DNA of 64,000 bases from a virus (IMGVR_UViG_3300020037_006332:1-64000); one strand, 5' to 3'; positions 25,615-35,211 are shown, numbered from the stretch's first letter. The notes: generated by a model not told the origin, from the sequence alone. Program-made: numbers and translations.

Positions 25615-27303
25615 TTAAATTCCTAGTCCTAGGCCGGTCGATAGCCCGGGCTCGTCGTCCCTGGGGTAGAGCGTGTTGAGTAGTTCCCGGCGGGCCAGTG
25701 CTTTCCAGCTACTCGCGTCGGTCGTGTAGTATTTAGTAACCGTTTCGGCCGTGATAATCTGCCCATTGGTGGTGCTGTTAATGCCGTCTAGGCGGATGTA
25801 AATACGGCGGCCGTCGACGCTGTAGATGATGAGCCACGTCTGGGCTAGCGAGTAGCCTTGCAGCATCATAAATAGGGCCATCTGGCCAGTCGTCGGGCTC
25901 CACTGGGCAATTGCCACGGTCCCCTGGTCGCACGTGAAATCGGACGCTGAGACGGTCGAGTCGTGCAGCGTGTTGCCGTTAATGTCAAAGGCTACGAAAT
26001 CGGCAAACCCTGCCGGCCGGCTGGTGCGAATGTAAGCCGGATTGATGGTGCGGCCATCGTTGCGACGCTGGAGCGTAATAAGGGCCTGACGCGAGTTCGC
26101 GGTGAGGGTCGAGACTTCGGTGTGGTAGAACGAAACCCCTAGCTCGGTCGTGCGAGTCGTGCGGATCGACGTGGTGGCTTCGTAAAGCTGGCCGTTGCTG
26201 TAATTCACGGCGGCGGCCCCGTCTAGCGAAATAGTGAACGACGTGAGTGTCTCGTTTTTGTGTGGGCCGCCGCACCAGCCAGCGGACCCACCTAGGTAAT
26301 CGGTAGACACTCCATCGTTAATTACGACGCCTTCATCGCCTTCAGCTCCGGCGGCGGTCTGGGCTGTTACCCGCTGGCCGTTGTACCAGATGCAGTATGG
26401 CGAGCCGCATAGATCGACGGCCGGGTTGTAGTGCAGCGTACCGACTTTTAGCTCGCTACTGCCGCTGATTCCAGAGAGTGACAGCGGCCATTCTGCCAGC
26501 CACTCGGCGACGGCGGCGTCGCCGGGGTAGTCGGAATAAATGGCTCCGGTGATAAATTGGCCGGGGAAAAATTGGGTGGTAAAGTCGGCCCGATTCAGCA
26601 GGATCGTGTTGTAGGCCGCATTGCCCACGTAGGGCGTGCCGGAGACTTGGCCGTAGCATTTCCGGCCCTGGCCTACGCGGGCCCACGATAGCCCGGTTGG
26701 CTGAATGTAGCCCATGAAAACCATCGGGCTCGGCACGAGCTGATAAAGGTCGTCTTCCAGGTATAGGTCGATCAGCGGCGTAGCGTTAGCGTTTTTGATA
26801 TCGACGCGGGCCACGCTGCCGCTGGTCTTGCGGTAAATTCCGCCGGTCGAGACGCCGCTAACAAACCCCTGCGTGGATAGCCCGAAACCCTGGTTAGCGG
26901 TGGCCGTAGAGGTCAAGCTGACGTGGTTCGTGATAATCGGCCGGGTGGTGACCATGCCTACGGACGGGATAAAAACCGTCACGAAAAACATTTTCGGCGT
27001 TTCGTGGATGGCCTTGGCGTAAGACGTGCTATTGTGCCGAAGTCCCCGGGCGGTGGTCCCCTGGGTGCTGAGATACCCGTAGCCGCTGTCTGCCAGCGGG
27101 AAGCGGTATTCTGTGCTGGGGGCGATTGATGGGGCGGTGAAGTTCACGCCAACAATCCCGGTCTGGATCGTCCCCACTAGGTCGCCGGCGGCTGCCGCTG
27201 CTCCGCCGTCGCTGTTGTTTCCCTTGAAGTATCGGGACGGCTGGGCCGCCTGCGACGGGATGTAAAACAGCAAGTTTGGGTGGGAATTGGGGTCGAATGT
27301 CAT
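25615..27303 (-). CDS. Putative head spike/fibre protein
   Basis: Thr/Gly/Ser-rich beta-type 562 aa next to the spike base; start MTFDP. Confidence 0.55.
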   Translation of the reverse strand: MTFDPNSHPNLLFYIPSQAAQPSRYFKGNNSDGGAAAAAGDLVGTIQTGIVGVNFTAPSIAPSTEYRFPLADSGYGYLSTQGTTARGLRHNSTSYAKAIHETPKMFFVTVFIPSVGMVTTRPIITNHVSLTSTATANQGFGLSTQGFVSGVSTGGIYRKTSGSVARVDIKNANATPLIDLYLEDDLYQLVPSPMVFMGYIQPTGLSWARVGQGRKCYGQVSGTPYVGNAAYNTILLNRADFTTQFFPGQFITGAIYSDYPGDAAVAEWLAEWPLSLSGISGSSELKVGTLHYNPAVDLCGSPYCIWYNGQRVTAQTAAGAEGDEGVVINDGVSTDYLGGSAGWCGGPHKNETLTSFTISLDGAAAVNYSNGQLYEATTSIRTTRTTELGVSFYHTEVSTLTANSRQALITLQRRNDGRTINPAYIRTSRPAGFADFVAFDINGNTLHDSTVSASDFTCDQGTVAIAQWSPTTGQMALFMMLQGYSLAQTWLIIYSVDGRRIYIRLDGINSTTNGQIITAETVTKYYTTDASSWKALARRELLNTLYPRDDEPGLSTGLGLGI

Positions 27304-27305
27304 GG

Positions 27306-27614
27306 CTATGGCGTTCGCTTCTCTTTGATTTCGGCCCGTAGGTCTGTGATTTGCTGCTGGACGTTGACTAGCTGCTGGCGAATCTCGGCGGCCAGTACAG
27401 CACTGGAGCGGATTTCGCTTTGGTGGGTGTCCACAATCCTGGTCTGGGTGGCAAGAATGCTTTCCATGACGGCCATCCGGCCGTTGAGGGTCCAGGCCCA
27501 GCCGAAAATCGAGACAGCGGGCAGGATCACGAAGGCGGCGAAAGCCATCCATTCGCGGACGCCAAACTCTACCCGTTGCGGGTGGCCACTGTCGCCGGGT
27601 GCGGTAACGTGCAT
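27306..27614 (-). CDS. Single-TM membrane protein with coiled coil (holin-like candidate)
   Basis: Hydrophobic WMAFAAFVILPAVSIFGWAW followed by heptads. Confidence 0.55.
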   Translation of the reverse strand: MHVTAPGDSGHPQRVEFGVREWMAFAAFVILPAVSIFGWAWTLNGRMAVMESILATQTRIVDTHQSEIRSSAVLAAEIRQQLVNVQQQITDLRAEIKEKRTP

Positions 27615-27850
27615 CGCATAGCGTCCCTGCTTGCTGTCGTGTGATTAAATGCCCCGCAAGCCCGGGGGATCGGCGTCATTGCCTGCCGGGCTTGCGGGGT
27701 TAGCGTCCATGCTTTGGGGTTTGATTTGATAGGCGGGGCCGCCGGCCGGAGTTTAGTAACCGGCGGCCCCGTGGGCTGAAACCCTGGCCCAGTCGCCGGG
27801 CGAAAGGAACAAACTCCCGGCGGTGGGTTCAGGCTTCAGAGGCGGACGGT

Positions 27851-28354
27851 TTAGCGGGTCGTGGTTTTGCTGACAGCGAAGCTCCGGCTAGTCGTGGTCT
27901 GGCCACGGCCTCGGAAAACGCGAGTCAGCAAACCGCCGCCGCTGCTGGCACTGGCATTGCAATTGCCGGTGGGACAAACGGGGACGGCGGCGACGAAAGC
28001 GGGCTGGGGCTGGCTGACGATAAACGCCTGGGGCTGGGACTGGGCCACCAGTACCGTAGCCTGGGGAGCCGGCAGCAAGAATGCCGCACTGGAGCTAGCC
28101 GGGGCCAGCGTGGGAGCGGCGGAACTTGCAGCAGCACTTGAGCCGCTGGAAGCACTGGCGGCCGATGCGGCGGCATTCTGGGCCGCACTGGCGTTCAGGG
28201 CCAACTGGCTGGCGATGGCCTGATTCAAATTCAGGTTGGGGACGGCCGAAATAGGGGCATTGCATCCGGCGGCCCCGGCTGGGCACTGGGCAAAGGCGGC
28301 GGCGGGCAGGATCAAGGCGAGTGCGGCGACGGCCGCAAGCAAATAGCGAAACAT
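27851..28354 (-). CDS. Exported Ala/Ser-rich protein
   Basis: Sec-type signal MFRYLLAAVAALALILPAAAFA; CPAG..GC and CPTGNC motifs. Confidence 0.6.
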   Translation of the reverse strand: MFRYLLAAVAALALILPAAAFAQCPAGAAGCNAPISAVPNLNLNQAIASQLALNASAAQNAAASAASASSGSSAAASSAAPTLAPASSSAAFLLPAPQATVLVAQSQPQAFIVSQPQPAFVAAVPVCPTGNCNASASSGGGLLTRVFRGRGQTTTSRSFAVSKTTTR

Positions 28355-28536
28355 AACAAACCTCCGTGTGTGCGGTTTCGTGACCATTGGCAAAGCTGGT
28401 CGGTCTGGTCGTAAGCGTAGCAAATTGGCGGGCGGGCTGGCTAGGTCACTCCGGCGGAACGTGGTAAAGCACGGCTAAAATTGCGATTGCGGCGGCGATA
28501 ATGGCGATTTGGAGCCAGAGGGCTGGCGGCATGGGG

Positions 28537-29490
28537 TTAAAAACGCACCCGGTCCAGGACTCCGGCCACGTCGTTGTAGATGCGATAATCGTTGCGTTTC
28601 TCGGGTGGCAAGGTGAGTAGGGCCCGGCCAAACTTGTCGAAAAAACTGGCCCAGAGGGCGGAGCCTCCATTTAGGGCCATCCGGGCTTGGGCGTAGGCTT
28701 CGGCCCAGAAATCGGCCCCGGCGGCGACTTGGCCCCGCTGGGCCCGGCTGGCAAAGCTCCGCAAGCTGCCGGCCACGATCTGGCAATCGGCTTGCAGCTC
28801 GGCGTTCGTGCGGCCTCGGCCGGTGGGAATCCAGGCGAGGACGTTCCGCTCTAGCTCGGCCTGCCGCTGTTCTTCGCGGGTGCGTGGGTTCTCGTGGGGC
28901 CCTGGTGGCGGCGGAGAGGGCGTCCCCTGCTGGATCACTGGCGGCGATGGCATCGCGGGCATGGCGGCGGCCGGCTGCTGTTGTGGGGCCTGCTGGGGCT
29001 GTTGGGCGGGCTGCTGCTGGGGGACTTCGACAAACTGTGGTTCCAGAATCTCAAACTCCCATTGATCGGTGGCGAGCCCCTTGGGTCCGCTTACGCTCAC
29101 GCCGATTAAGTAGCGGCCGGGCTGGCGATTCGTGAATACGGCGGACTGGTTCCCTTTCATGGGGACTAGGCCGGTGACGTCGGTATCAAGCCGGGGGCGG
29201 CCGTCCTGGTCCAGCACGAAAGCGGTGGCGGTCCAGACTGTAAACTCGATAACCCCGGTGGTGTCCAGGGTGAACGTGTTTTGGTCGCCTAGCTCGGCGT
29301 CGCGGGGGCCCTGGATGCTGACGGTGACGGGATCATTGGCGGCCAGCCGGGCGGCCTCTTGGGCCTGGATGGCCAGCTCCCGGGCGAGAATGGCGGCACG
29401 CTCGTCGGCCGTCACGGTGGGGGCCGTGTCGGCTGTTTCGTCGGGTGGCTGGCCGGTGAGGGCTGCCGCGATAATGAGGATCGCCAGCAT
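28537..29490 (-). CDS. Exported hypothetical protein
   Basis: Hydrophobic N-terminus; Gln/Pro linker. Confidence 0.65.
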   Translation of the reverse strand: MLAILIIAAALTGQPPDETADTAPTVTADERAAILARELAIQAQEAARLAANDPVTVSIQGPRDAELGDQNTFTLDTTGVIEFTVWTATAFVLDQDGRPRLDTDVTGLVPMKGNQSAVFTNRQPGRYLIGVSVSGPKGLATDQWEFEILEPQFVEVPQQQPAQQPQQAPQQQPAAAMPAMPSPPVIQQGTPSPPPPGPHENPRTREEQRQAELERNVLAWIPTGRGRTNAELQADCQIVAGSLRSFASRAQRGQVAAGADFWAEAYAQARMALNGGSALWASFFDKFGRALLTLPPEKRNDYRIYNDVAGVLDRVRF

Positions 29491-29493
29491 GGT

Positions 29494-29880
29494 CTACGCT
29501 TCCCTGTAAACCCAAACCCGGGAGCCGCATTCTTTGCGGATGGCTTCGGCAATCTCGGCGGGTTCGATATCGGGCACGAGCCACGTGCTGCGGTCCAGGG
29601 TGGCTTGCCCGTTGGTCCAGTATACAGCTTGGCCGATGAGAATCCGCCGGGGCTTCCCGTCGCGGCCTTTGGTCATGCTGTGGCCGATGAGGATTTCCAG
29701 GGTGGCCGGGCAATCCAGCTCGGCGGCCATCGCGTCGCATCCCTTGGCCCACGCCTTGATATGCTTCCAGTGTTTTTCAGGGGGCTGGCACTGGGCAAAT
29801 AGCTCGGCCACGGGGCCAATGGCCACGCTCCCGGCGACGGCGGTGGCGGACGCGAGAAACTTGCGACGGTCTTCGATCAT
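29494..29880 (-). CDS. Protein with twin-arginine (Tat)-like signal
   Basis: MIEDRRKFLASATAVAG. Confidence 0.6.
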   Translation of the reverse strand: MIEDRRKFLASATAVAGSVAIGPVAELFAQCQPPEKHWKHIKAWAKGCDAMAAELDCPATLEILIGHSMTKGRDGKPRRILIGQAVYWTNGQATLDRSTWLVPDIEPAEIAEAIRKECGSRVWVYREA

Positions 29881-29905
29881 GGCAAACCTCCGTGTGGGTC
29901 AACGA

Positions 29906-29935
29906 AAACGCCCGGGGGTTAATTCCCGGGCGTTT
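29906..29935. terminator. Perfect 11-bp hairpin with GGTTAATT loop
   Basis: AAACGCCCGGG-GGTTAATT-CCCGGGCGTTT. Confidence 0.55.
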
Positions 29936-30035
29936 AGTATAGCCAGCGGTCGGTGGTTGCCTAGATGCTGGGGCGAGCGACTTCACAAAGTCGAGCCTGT
30001 TCGCGTCGTCGCCGCCCCAGCGAGGGCACCCCGGT

Positions 30036-30362
30036 TTAGTATTCGCCGCTGTAGGCGTATTCGCCGTGGTCCACGCTTTGGTAGTCTTCGACGGCCTGCT
30101 CGCCAAGGATGGTGTCGTTCAGGTGCTTGTCGTTCCGCAGATAGGCCAGAATCTCGGCCTTGTACTCGGGATGATCGACAAGCGGGACTTCGACGCCCCA
30201 GCGGTCGCCGTAGGTAATGACGGCTTCCAGGTCGACTAGCTCGACGTCGGAAATCTCGTGGTTGTGGACCTTGTAGCGTACCGAAACCCGGTAGCAGTTG
30301 TAGGGGCCGCCTAGGTCGGAATCGGGCTCGTAGTCGTAGGTGAATTCGTAGCGGTGGATCAT
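30036..30362 (-). CDS. Hypothetical protein
   Basis: ORF with AGGAG RBS. Confidence 0.6.
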   Translation of the reverse strand: MIHRYEFTYDYEPDSDLGGPYNCYRVSVRYKVHNHEISDVELVDLEAVITYGDRWGVEVPLVDHPEYKAEILAYLRNDKHLNDTILGEQAVEDYQSVDHGEYAYSGEY

Positions 30363-30461
30363 GGTAAAAACTCCTGTGCGATTTTTGAAACGGTCGAATG
30401 CAGCTTGGGGGGCGTCGGTTAGTGCTCCGCCTAGAGCACTTCCCGGGCCCTAGGTTAAAAA

Positions 30462-30707
30462 TCAGCCTTCGATATCGACGTAAGCCCAGCGGTTGCCGCC
30501 GCTGGTCATGCCTTCATAGCCGGCCGGCAGGCGAAGGTCGCCGTCGGCTGAGTGGAGCGTGTACTGCTGGAATGGTTCGCACGGGCGGCCCATTTCGTCG
30601 CGGTTGTACCACTGGACGTTGGAGACTTCACAGCGGCACCCCCAGAGATAGATCACGTCGCCATTCTTGACGTCCAGGGCAGTCGTGCGTTTGGTCGTGG
30701 TGGTCAT
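30462..30707 (-). CDS. Hypothetical protein
   Basis: Start MTTTTK downstream of a promoter. Confidence 0.6.
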   Translation of the reverse strand: MTTTTKRTTALDVKNGDVIYLWGCRCEVSNVQWYNRDEMGRPCEPFQQYTLHSADGDLRLPAGYEGMTSGGNRWAYVDIEG

Positions 30708-30756
30708 GTTTCGTTTCCTTTGCGATTTTTTGGTTTCGTTTCCGCCTGACCCTTGC

Positions 30757-30784
30757 ATTCTATCGTCTATTCGCTCGCTGTAAA
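30757..30784 (-). promoter_or_regulatory. Sigma70-like promoter with operator
   Basis: TTTACA-GCGAGCG..(N16)-TAGAAT. Confidence 0.65.
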
Positions 30785-30994
30785 TAGACAAAATCCAAAA
30801 TGGCCCGATAGAGGGGGGTGCGGTGGCTATAGAAAAAGCCCCGTAGCTGCTGCCCACGGGCGGGGGGCGGCGTTCGGCTTGCTTATATCAAGCCGGAGCT
30901 ACGGGGCTCGTGTTCGTGGCGTGGCAGCCCCGGCTTACGGCACTCGCCTTTGACGGCGTTCACGGTTCGCCGGGGCTGGTTAGTCCACGCCTGC

Positions 30995-31276
30995 TTAGTT
31001 GTGCTTGTGCCGGCCTTCGGCGATTTGCTCGTTAATTTCGTTCTCCAGGTCGGGGAAGAAATTCGCCAGCTCGGTCGCTAGGGCCTCGGCGTTCTCGTCG
31101 TCCTGCTGGGCCACCAGTCGCTTACGGTAGCTGTTGGCGGCGGCTGCGGACAAGATCAGCCCGATGTAGGCAAACGGCCACCATCGGCGGTCCCACGGGT
31201 TCCAGAGGGCAGCGATAGCCCCGGCCAGTAGCGTCCACTGGAGTACCCAAAGGCGTTTGATGGTCAAGATTCGCAT
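30995..31276 (-). CDS. Small membrane protein
   Basis: Two hydrophobic segments. Confidence 0.5.
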   Translation of the reverse strand: MRILTIKRLWVLQWTLLAGAIAALWNPWDRRWWPFAYIGLILSAAAANSYRKRLVAQQDDENAEALATELANFFPDLENEINEQIAEGRHKHN

Positions 31277-31584
31277 GGGGGCGGGTTCCTTCCCTGGCGG
31301 TAGTCGCGGATGGCCTGGAATGAATAGGCAATAACTAGCGTGCGGCCGGGGAGGGCCACTCCCACAAACCAAAACCACGCTAGGAAGCTGTGGCCAGCGG
31401 CCTCGATGGTGTGCCATTCCCTGGTGAGCATGTCGGGGATTGTGAGCACGGCGACGGGCAGCAGGATCAGCCCCACGATGGCCCGGAGCCGTGGCAGGTA
31501 GCTCCCCAGCGGCGATATCAGCAGGCCGGTGACGAAACCGGCCACCAGCCACCACCATAGCGGTCTTTCGGGCAGGCCCATCAT
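31264..31584 (-). CDS. Small membrane protein
   Basis: Three hydrophobic segments. Confidence 0.5.
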   Translation of the reverse strand: MMGLPERPLWWWLVAGFVTGLLISPLGSYLPRLRAIVGLILLPVAVLTIPDMLTREWHTIEAAGHSFLAWFWFVGVALPGRTLVIAYSFQAIRDYRQGRNPPPCES

Positions 31585-31585
31585 G

Positions 31586-31900
31586 CTAGTTAATATCCCC
31601 GTCCCGGACCACGGACGTCTTGCAAGGCAGGTGGGGAAAGTTCTCGGTAAGGGTTCGCATTAGCAGCTCGGCCACGCGAATTTGATCGGCCTGAGTGGGC
31701 CTAGGCACGTCCACGTCACGATTCTCGAATGCCCCGGAGATTTGGGTAGCCATCGAAATGCAAGCCCCCACGAAGCCTAGGGCGTATTTTACGCGGTGTT
31801 CTTCGGGGACTTCCTGGCCGATGCTCTCGAACATCGTTTGCAGGGCTTCGCTAATTACGCGGGTTTCGGCGTAGGTGCTGGATTCCTTGGGCTCGTGCAT
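31586..31900 (-). CDS. Hypothetical protein
   Basis: ORF with AAGGA RBS. Confidence 0.55.
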   Translation of the reverse strand: MHEPKESSTYAETRVISEALQTMFESIGQEVPEEHRVKYALGFVGACISMATQISGAFENRDVDVPRPTQADQIRVAELLMRTLTENFPHLPCKTSVVRDGDIN

Positions 31901-31952
31901 GGGCTGGACTTCCTTGATGGTTTGGCTGGTATTCGCCTTCGCGGGTTAATTT

Positions 31953-32462
31953 TCAGAATAGGCCGGCTGGCTGCGGGGTGTGGGCTGCCACGGTCTTGGA
32001 TAGTCGCTTGTGCTTGGCTTTGCAGCATAACGTGCAAAGCGGGTGGAAGTCATTTGGTAACTCATTCCCTAGGCGTTCCGTCGTGCGGTGGAACGGCTTC
32101 AAGGGCCCGGCCTTATTGCAGTCCGCACAGCGGTTGCCCCACGCGGCGGCCACGGCCTCGAATCGCTGCTTGAAATCGTGTGTTTCGTAGTAGTCGGCCA
32201 GCTCCGCCGGGGGCGTGTATTTGCCGGCTCCGTGGCCTCCGCTGACAGCTCCGATCAAGCCCCGGCGGCGAAAGTTGCCGGCTTGCCTGATTAGGGTCGC
32301 GTCGTCCAGGTGGGAGTAGTCTGGGCCAAGCTCTCGCCAAACCCGTGCCCAGTCGTCGGCCCCTAGGTTCTCGACGGTGCGGCCGGCGGCTTCGCATACT
32401 GATTGCAGAATCGGGACTAGGATTTTGGCGGGGACTTTGGTGACGGGGCGGCGGCGTTTCAT
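31953..32462 (-). CDS. Protein with degenerate C-terminal HNH-like Zn-binding domain
   Basis: CADC...H..Y/T.RLGNE...D..PLCTLC. Confidence 0.5.
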   Translation of the reverse strand: MKRRRPVTKVPAKILVPILQSVCEAAGRTVENLGADDWARVWRELGPDYSHLDDATLIRQAGNFRRRGLIGAVSGGHGAGKYTPPAELADYYETHDFKQRFEAVAAAWGNRCADCNKAGPLKPFHRTTERLGNELPNDFHPLCTLCCKAKHKRLSKTVAAHTPQPAGLF

Positions 32463-32668
32463 GTTAGAAATTCCTCGAATGTGGCACTGACGGCTTCCAG
32501 CCCAGTGCGGGCGGCGAGCACGGCCTGGAGTTCGTAGGCGTCGCTGGGGTGCATTAGGATCGGCTCGCGGCGGCCCTTGAGGGTTAATTTCCAGCGGTAG
32601 CCGCCTTTGCCGGGCGGGTCCAGCTTTACGATCATGCTCAAGTCCCACCCGCAGTAGATGCCATCCAT
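32459..32668 (-). CDS. Hypothetical protein
   Basis: Coupled small ORF. Confidence 0.5.
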   Translation of the reverse strand: MDGIYCGWDLSMIVKLDPPGKGGYRWKLTLKGRREPILMHPSDAYELQAVLAARTGLEAVSATFEEFLT

Positions 32669-32793
32669 GTCGCCCCCGCTAAATCGAACCGCCGCCGGGT
32701 GAGTTGATCCCGTGAGGGCACCCGGCGGCGGAATCGACTAACCAACCCTCGGGCCGGGTTCACTACGAGCTAGCCCGGCCACTCTCACGGCTT

Positions 32794-32821
32794 ACTATAG
32801 CGAGCGGTATGCGGGCGTCAA
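32794..32821 (-). promoter_or_regulatory. Sigma70-like promoter with operator
   Basis: TTGACG-N16-TATAGT with CGCTCGC. Confidence 0.7.
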
Positions 32822-32828
32822 GCGGGCC

Positions 32829-33572
32829 CTAGATTTTACTAGCCCAGTAGTTAATTTCGTCCCGGGCGGCTACCTTGTGGAATTCAGGCTTACCTTTCAG
32901 CAGCGGGGCCAGTTGCTCCAGGACGTCGGCCATCGCTTCAGCTATCACTTTCTTCAGGTGGCCCAGCTCGTTGGGTGCTGGCGGCGGGGTCGGTTTAAGT
33001 GGCTTAGGATTCTTGGCGGCTAACTGCCGCTTGGCCTCTGGGATGGTGAGCGTGCCGGCTAGGACTTGCTCGGCTAGTTCAGGGGCCAGCTTTTCGAGCT
33101 TCACGGCGTCGGCCACGTACTGCCGGTTCGTGTTGGTTAGCTTGGCGGCTTGCGTGGTCGCCTTGCCGTTGTCGGAAACCCTAGGCAATTCTTTGCCTAG
33201 GGTTTTGCCACGCCCGCCGGAGCCGTTGGCCCCCTTGCCGGCCTTCATCCGCTCGGCGGCTTGCTCGGCCAGCATGGGAACGTACTTGGCAGCGATTTGG
33301 GCCCACTGGGATTTATTCAAATGCCTGCGGTGCAGGTTCAGGCTAATCACGTAGGCAATCGGGTCTTCGCATTCCTCCATTTCCCCGAAGTCCGGCTCGA
33401 TGCCCAGCTCCAGGCAGGCCCGATAGCGGTTGCGGCCGTCCAGAATCTGGTCTTTCAGTAGCACGATGGTTTCCCGCTGGCCGTGCTTTTTAATGTCCGC
33501 CTTGAGTGCGGCAAATGCCTCGTCGGCCATCATGGGGAAGATCGCGGCGGCGGGGTGGGTTTCGTACTGCAT
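32829..33572 (-). CDS. ParB/Srx N-terminal domain protein
   Basis: HPAAAIFP...LKADIKKHGQ...ILDGRNRYRAC...NLHRRHL. Confidence 0.8.
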   Translation of the reverse strand: MQYETHPAAAIFPMMADEAFAALKADIKKHGQRETIVLLKDQILDGRNRYRACLELGIEPDFGEMEECEDPIAYVISLNLHRRHLNKSQWAQIAAKYVPMLAEQAAERMKAGKGANGSGGRGKTLGKELPRVSDNGKATTQAAKLTNTNRQYVADAVKLEKLAPELAEQVLAGTLTIPEAKRQLAAKNPKPLKPTPPPAPNELGHLKKVIAEAMADVLEQLAPLLKGKPEFHKVAARDEINYWASKI

Positions 33573-33575
33573 AGC

Positions 33576-34940
33576 CTACTCCATTGTGCTTGACATGACG
33601 CGGCCCCAGCTCGATAGAAAATCAGCCCGTTCCACCAGCAGCATTTGCGGGCCTTCGCTATTGCACTCCGCGAACACCAGAATCCCCATCGCCACGGCGT
33701 AGAGTGCTTGGCGGTTCTTTGGGTTCCTAATGCTGGCGATATAGGGGTTCGCCTCGTTTAGCAATATCGCCTTACGTTCGGCGTCGAATACACCTATAAC
33801 GTCGGGGTCGCGTCGGGTCCAGTCTACTTGGATGCCGTTTTTCCTGCCGCTGCCGTTTACTTGGATATTGCCGTTAGGGTCGAGCGTGTATTTCTTGGCC
33901 TTTGTTCGCGGGCCTTTCTTGCCGGTGCTAGTGTGGGTGCCGGTGTGGTTTTCTGGTGAGTTCCGTTTCTCGCGGGCAGTTGTGGTAGTGGCGGCCTTCA
34001 TTCCACTATTCACCAGCTCGGTAAGTTCGGTGCGGAGTTCCTTGCTTTCAATATCCTCGGTGAGCCGGCTGGCCTTTTCGCATAGGTGGGCAATTCGCTG
34101 ATTGATGGCGGCCCCTAGTTCGTCGGCTAGGTCGGCAAAGTCATCCTTGTTCTTGGTTAATTTCCAGCCCTTCCCTAGCTTAATCGTGCCGGCCATCCCG
34201 GCGGCACTGGCGTCCCCAGCTCCGACGGTGGTATTCTTGATAACACGGTGTCCGTAGCAAACCAAAAAACCGCTTTGCGTGGCGGATTCCCGGTCTTTAA
34301 TGATGCCGATTTCGATTTCGACTTGCTTGCCGTCTACGTCAAAAGAGTCGCGGACGGTATCGGTTAGCTCGGGCAGCTTGTAGGGTTTTAATAGCTCTCT
34401 GATCTTACCGGCGACAACGATTTGCCGCTGGCTTTCCAGGGCTGGCATGAATGTCTCGCCTAGCCTAGTGATGGTGTCCTTAGTTGCCTTTTTCTTGGCG
34501 AGATTACTGATAACGATTCGCGTACCTTTCTCGCCGGGCAGGCTTGGGCGGTCGATAGGGTCCGGGCCTTCCCAGCGGCCATTGATCTGCTTAATATCGT
34601 CTGGCACTTTGACCCTGAGCGTGGAGGTAGTGCCGTTGTGCGTGGTGGTGATTTCGATGGTATCCCCGGCCCATAGCCACGCCTCCTTAACGCCCACGCC
34701 GTAGGTGCCTAGTGCGGTCGTGGAGTGCTTTTTGTGGTCGCCGAAGCGGACCATGCTCCCGATATCAGCGGCCCCGGTTCCGTCGTCGCTGATCGCCACG
34801 CTCCGGCCATGAAACTCGATAATCACTTGCATGGCCCCGGCGTCGAAAGAGTTGTCAATCAGTTCGGCTAGGGCGTTGTGCCAGCCCAGCATTGAATTAC
34901 GCTGGGACTCCAGGAAATGCGGGTCGGGGGTGTAGTCCAT
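33576..34940 (-). CDS. GHKL (MORC/HATPase_c-like) ATPase
   Basis: ALAELIDNSFDA, ISDDGTG, GTYGVG Bergerat-fold motifs. Confidence 0.8.
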   Translation of the reverse strand: MDYTPDPHFLESQRNSMLGWHNALAELIDNSFDAGAMQVIIEFHGRSVAISDDGTGAADIGSMVRFGDHKKHSTTALGTYGVGVKEAWLWAGDTIEITTTHNGTTSTLRVKVPDDIKQINGRWEGPDPIDRPSLPGEKGTRIVISNLAKKKATKDTITRLGETFMPALESQRQIVVAGKIRELLKPYKLPELTDTVRDSFDVDGKQVEIEIGIIKDRESATQSGFLVCYGHRVIKNTTVGAGDASAAGMAGTIKLGKGWKLTKNKDDFADLADELGAAINQRIAHLCEKASRLTEDIESKELRTELTELVNSGMKAATTTTAREKRNSPENHTGTHTSTGKKGPRTKAKKYTLDPNGNIQVNGSGRKNGIQVDWTRRDPDVIGVFDAERKAILLNEANPYIASIRNPKNRQALYAVAMGILVFAECNSEGPQMLLVERADFLSSWGRVMSSTME

Positions 34941-35016
34941 CCGTGCGGCTCCGTGGCGAGTGGGTTAAATATCGCCAGCATAGCGAGCGGATGGCGGGCC
35001 GGGAATGGGGCGGCCG

Positions 35017-35211
35017 TCAATCCCCTAGGAAAATCTCGTCGAATGCCCGCATAGCCAGCCAGTCGGTGCGTGCGTTGGGGTAAATTTCGCGGTCTACCAG
35101 TCGCGTAACCCACGGGCTGACCTTGACGCTCCAGAAACGCGGGGAGTTCTCCCGGACGTCCAGGGCTTCGGTGAGGTCGATTCGGACGCCAAAAAAGCTG
35201 GTTACGATCAT
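35017..35211 (-). CDS. Small protein, C-terminal DEIFLG tag family
   Basis: Ends FDEIFLGD. Confidence 0.55.
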   Translation of the reverse strand: MIVTSFFGVRIDLTEALDVRENSPRFWSVKVSPWVTRLVDREIYPNARTDWLAMRAFDEIFLGD

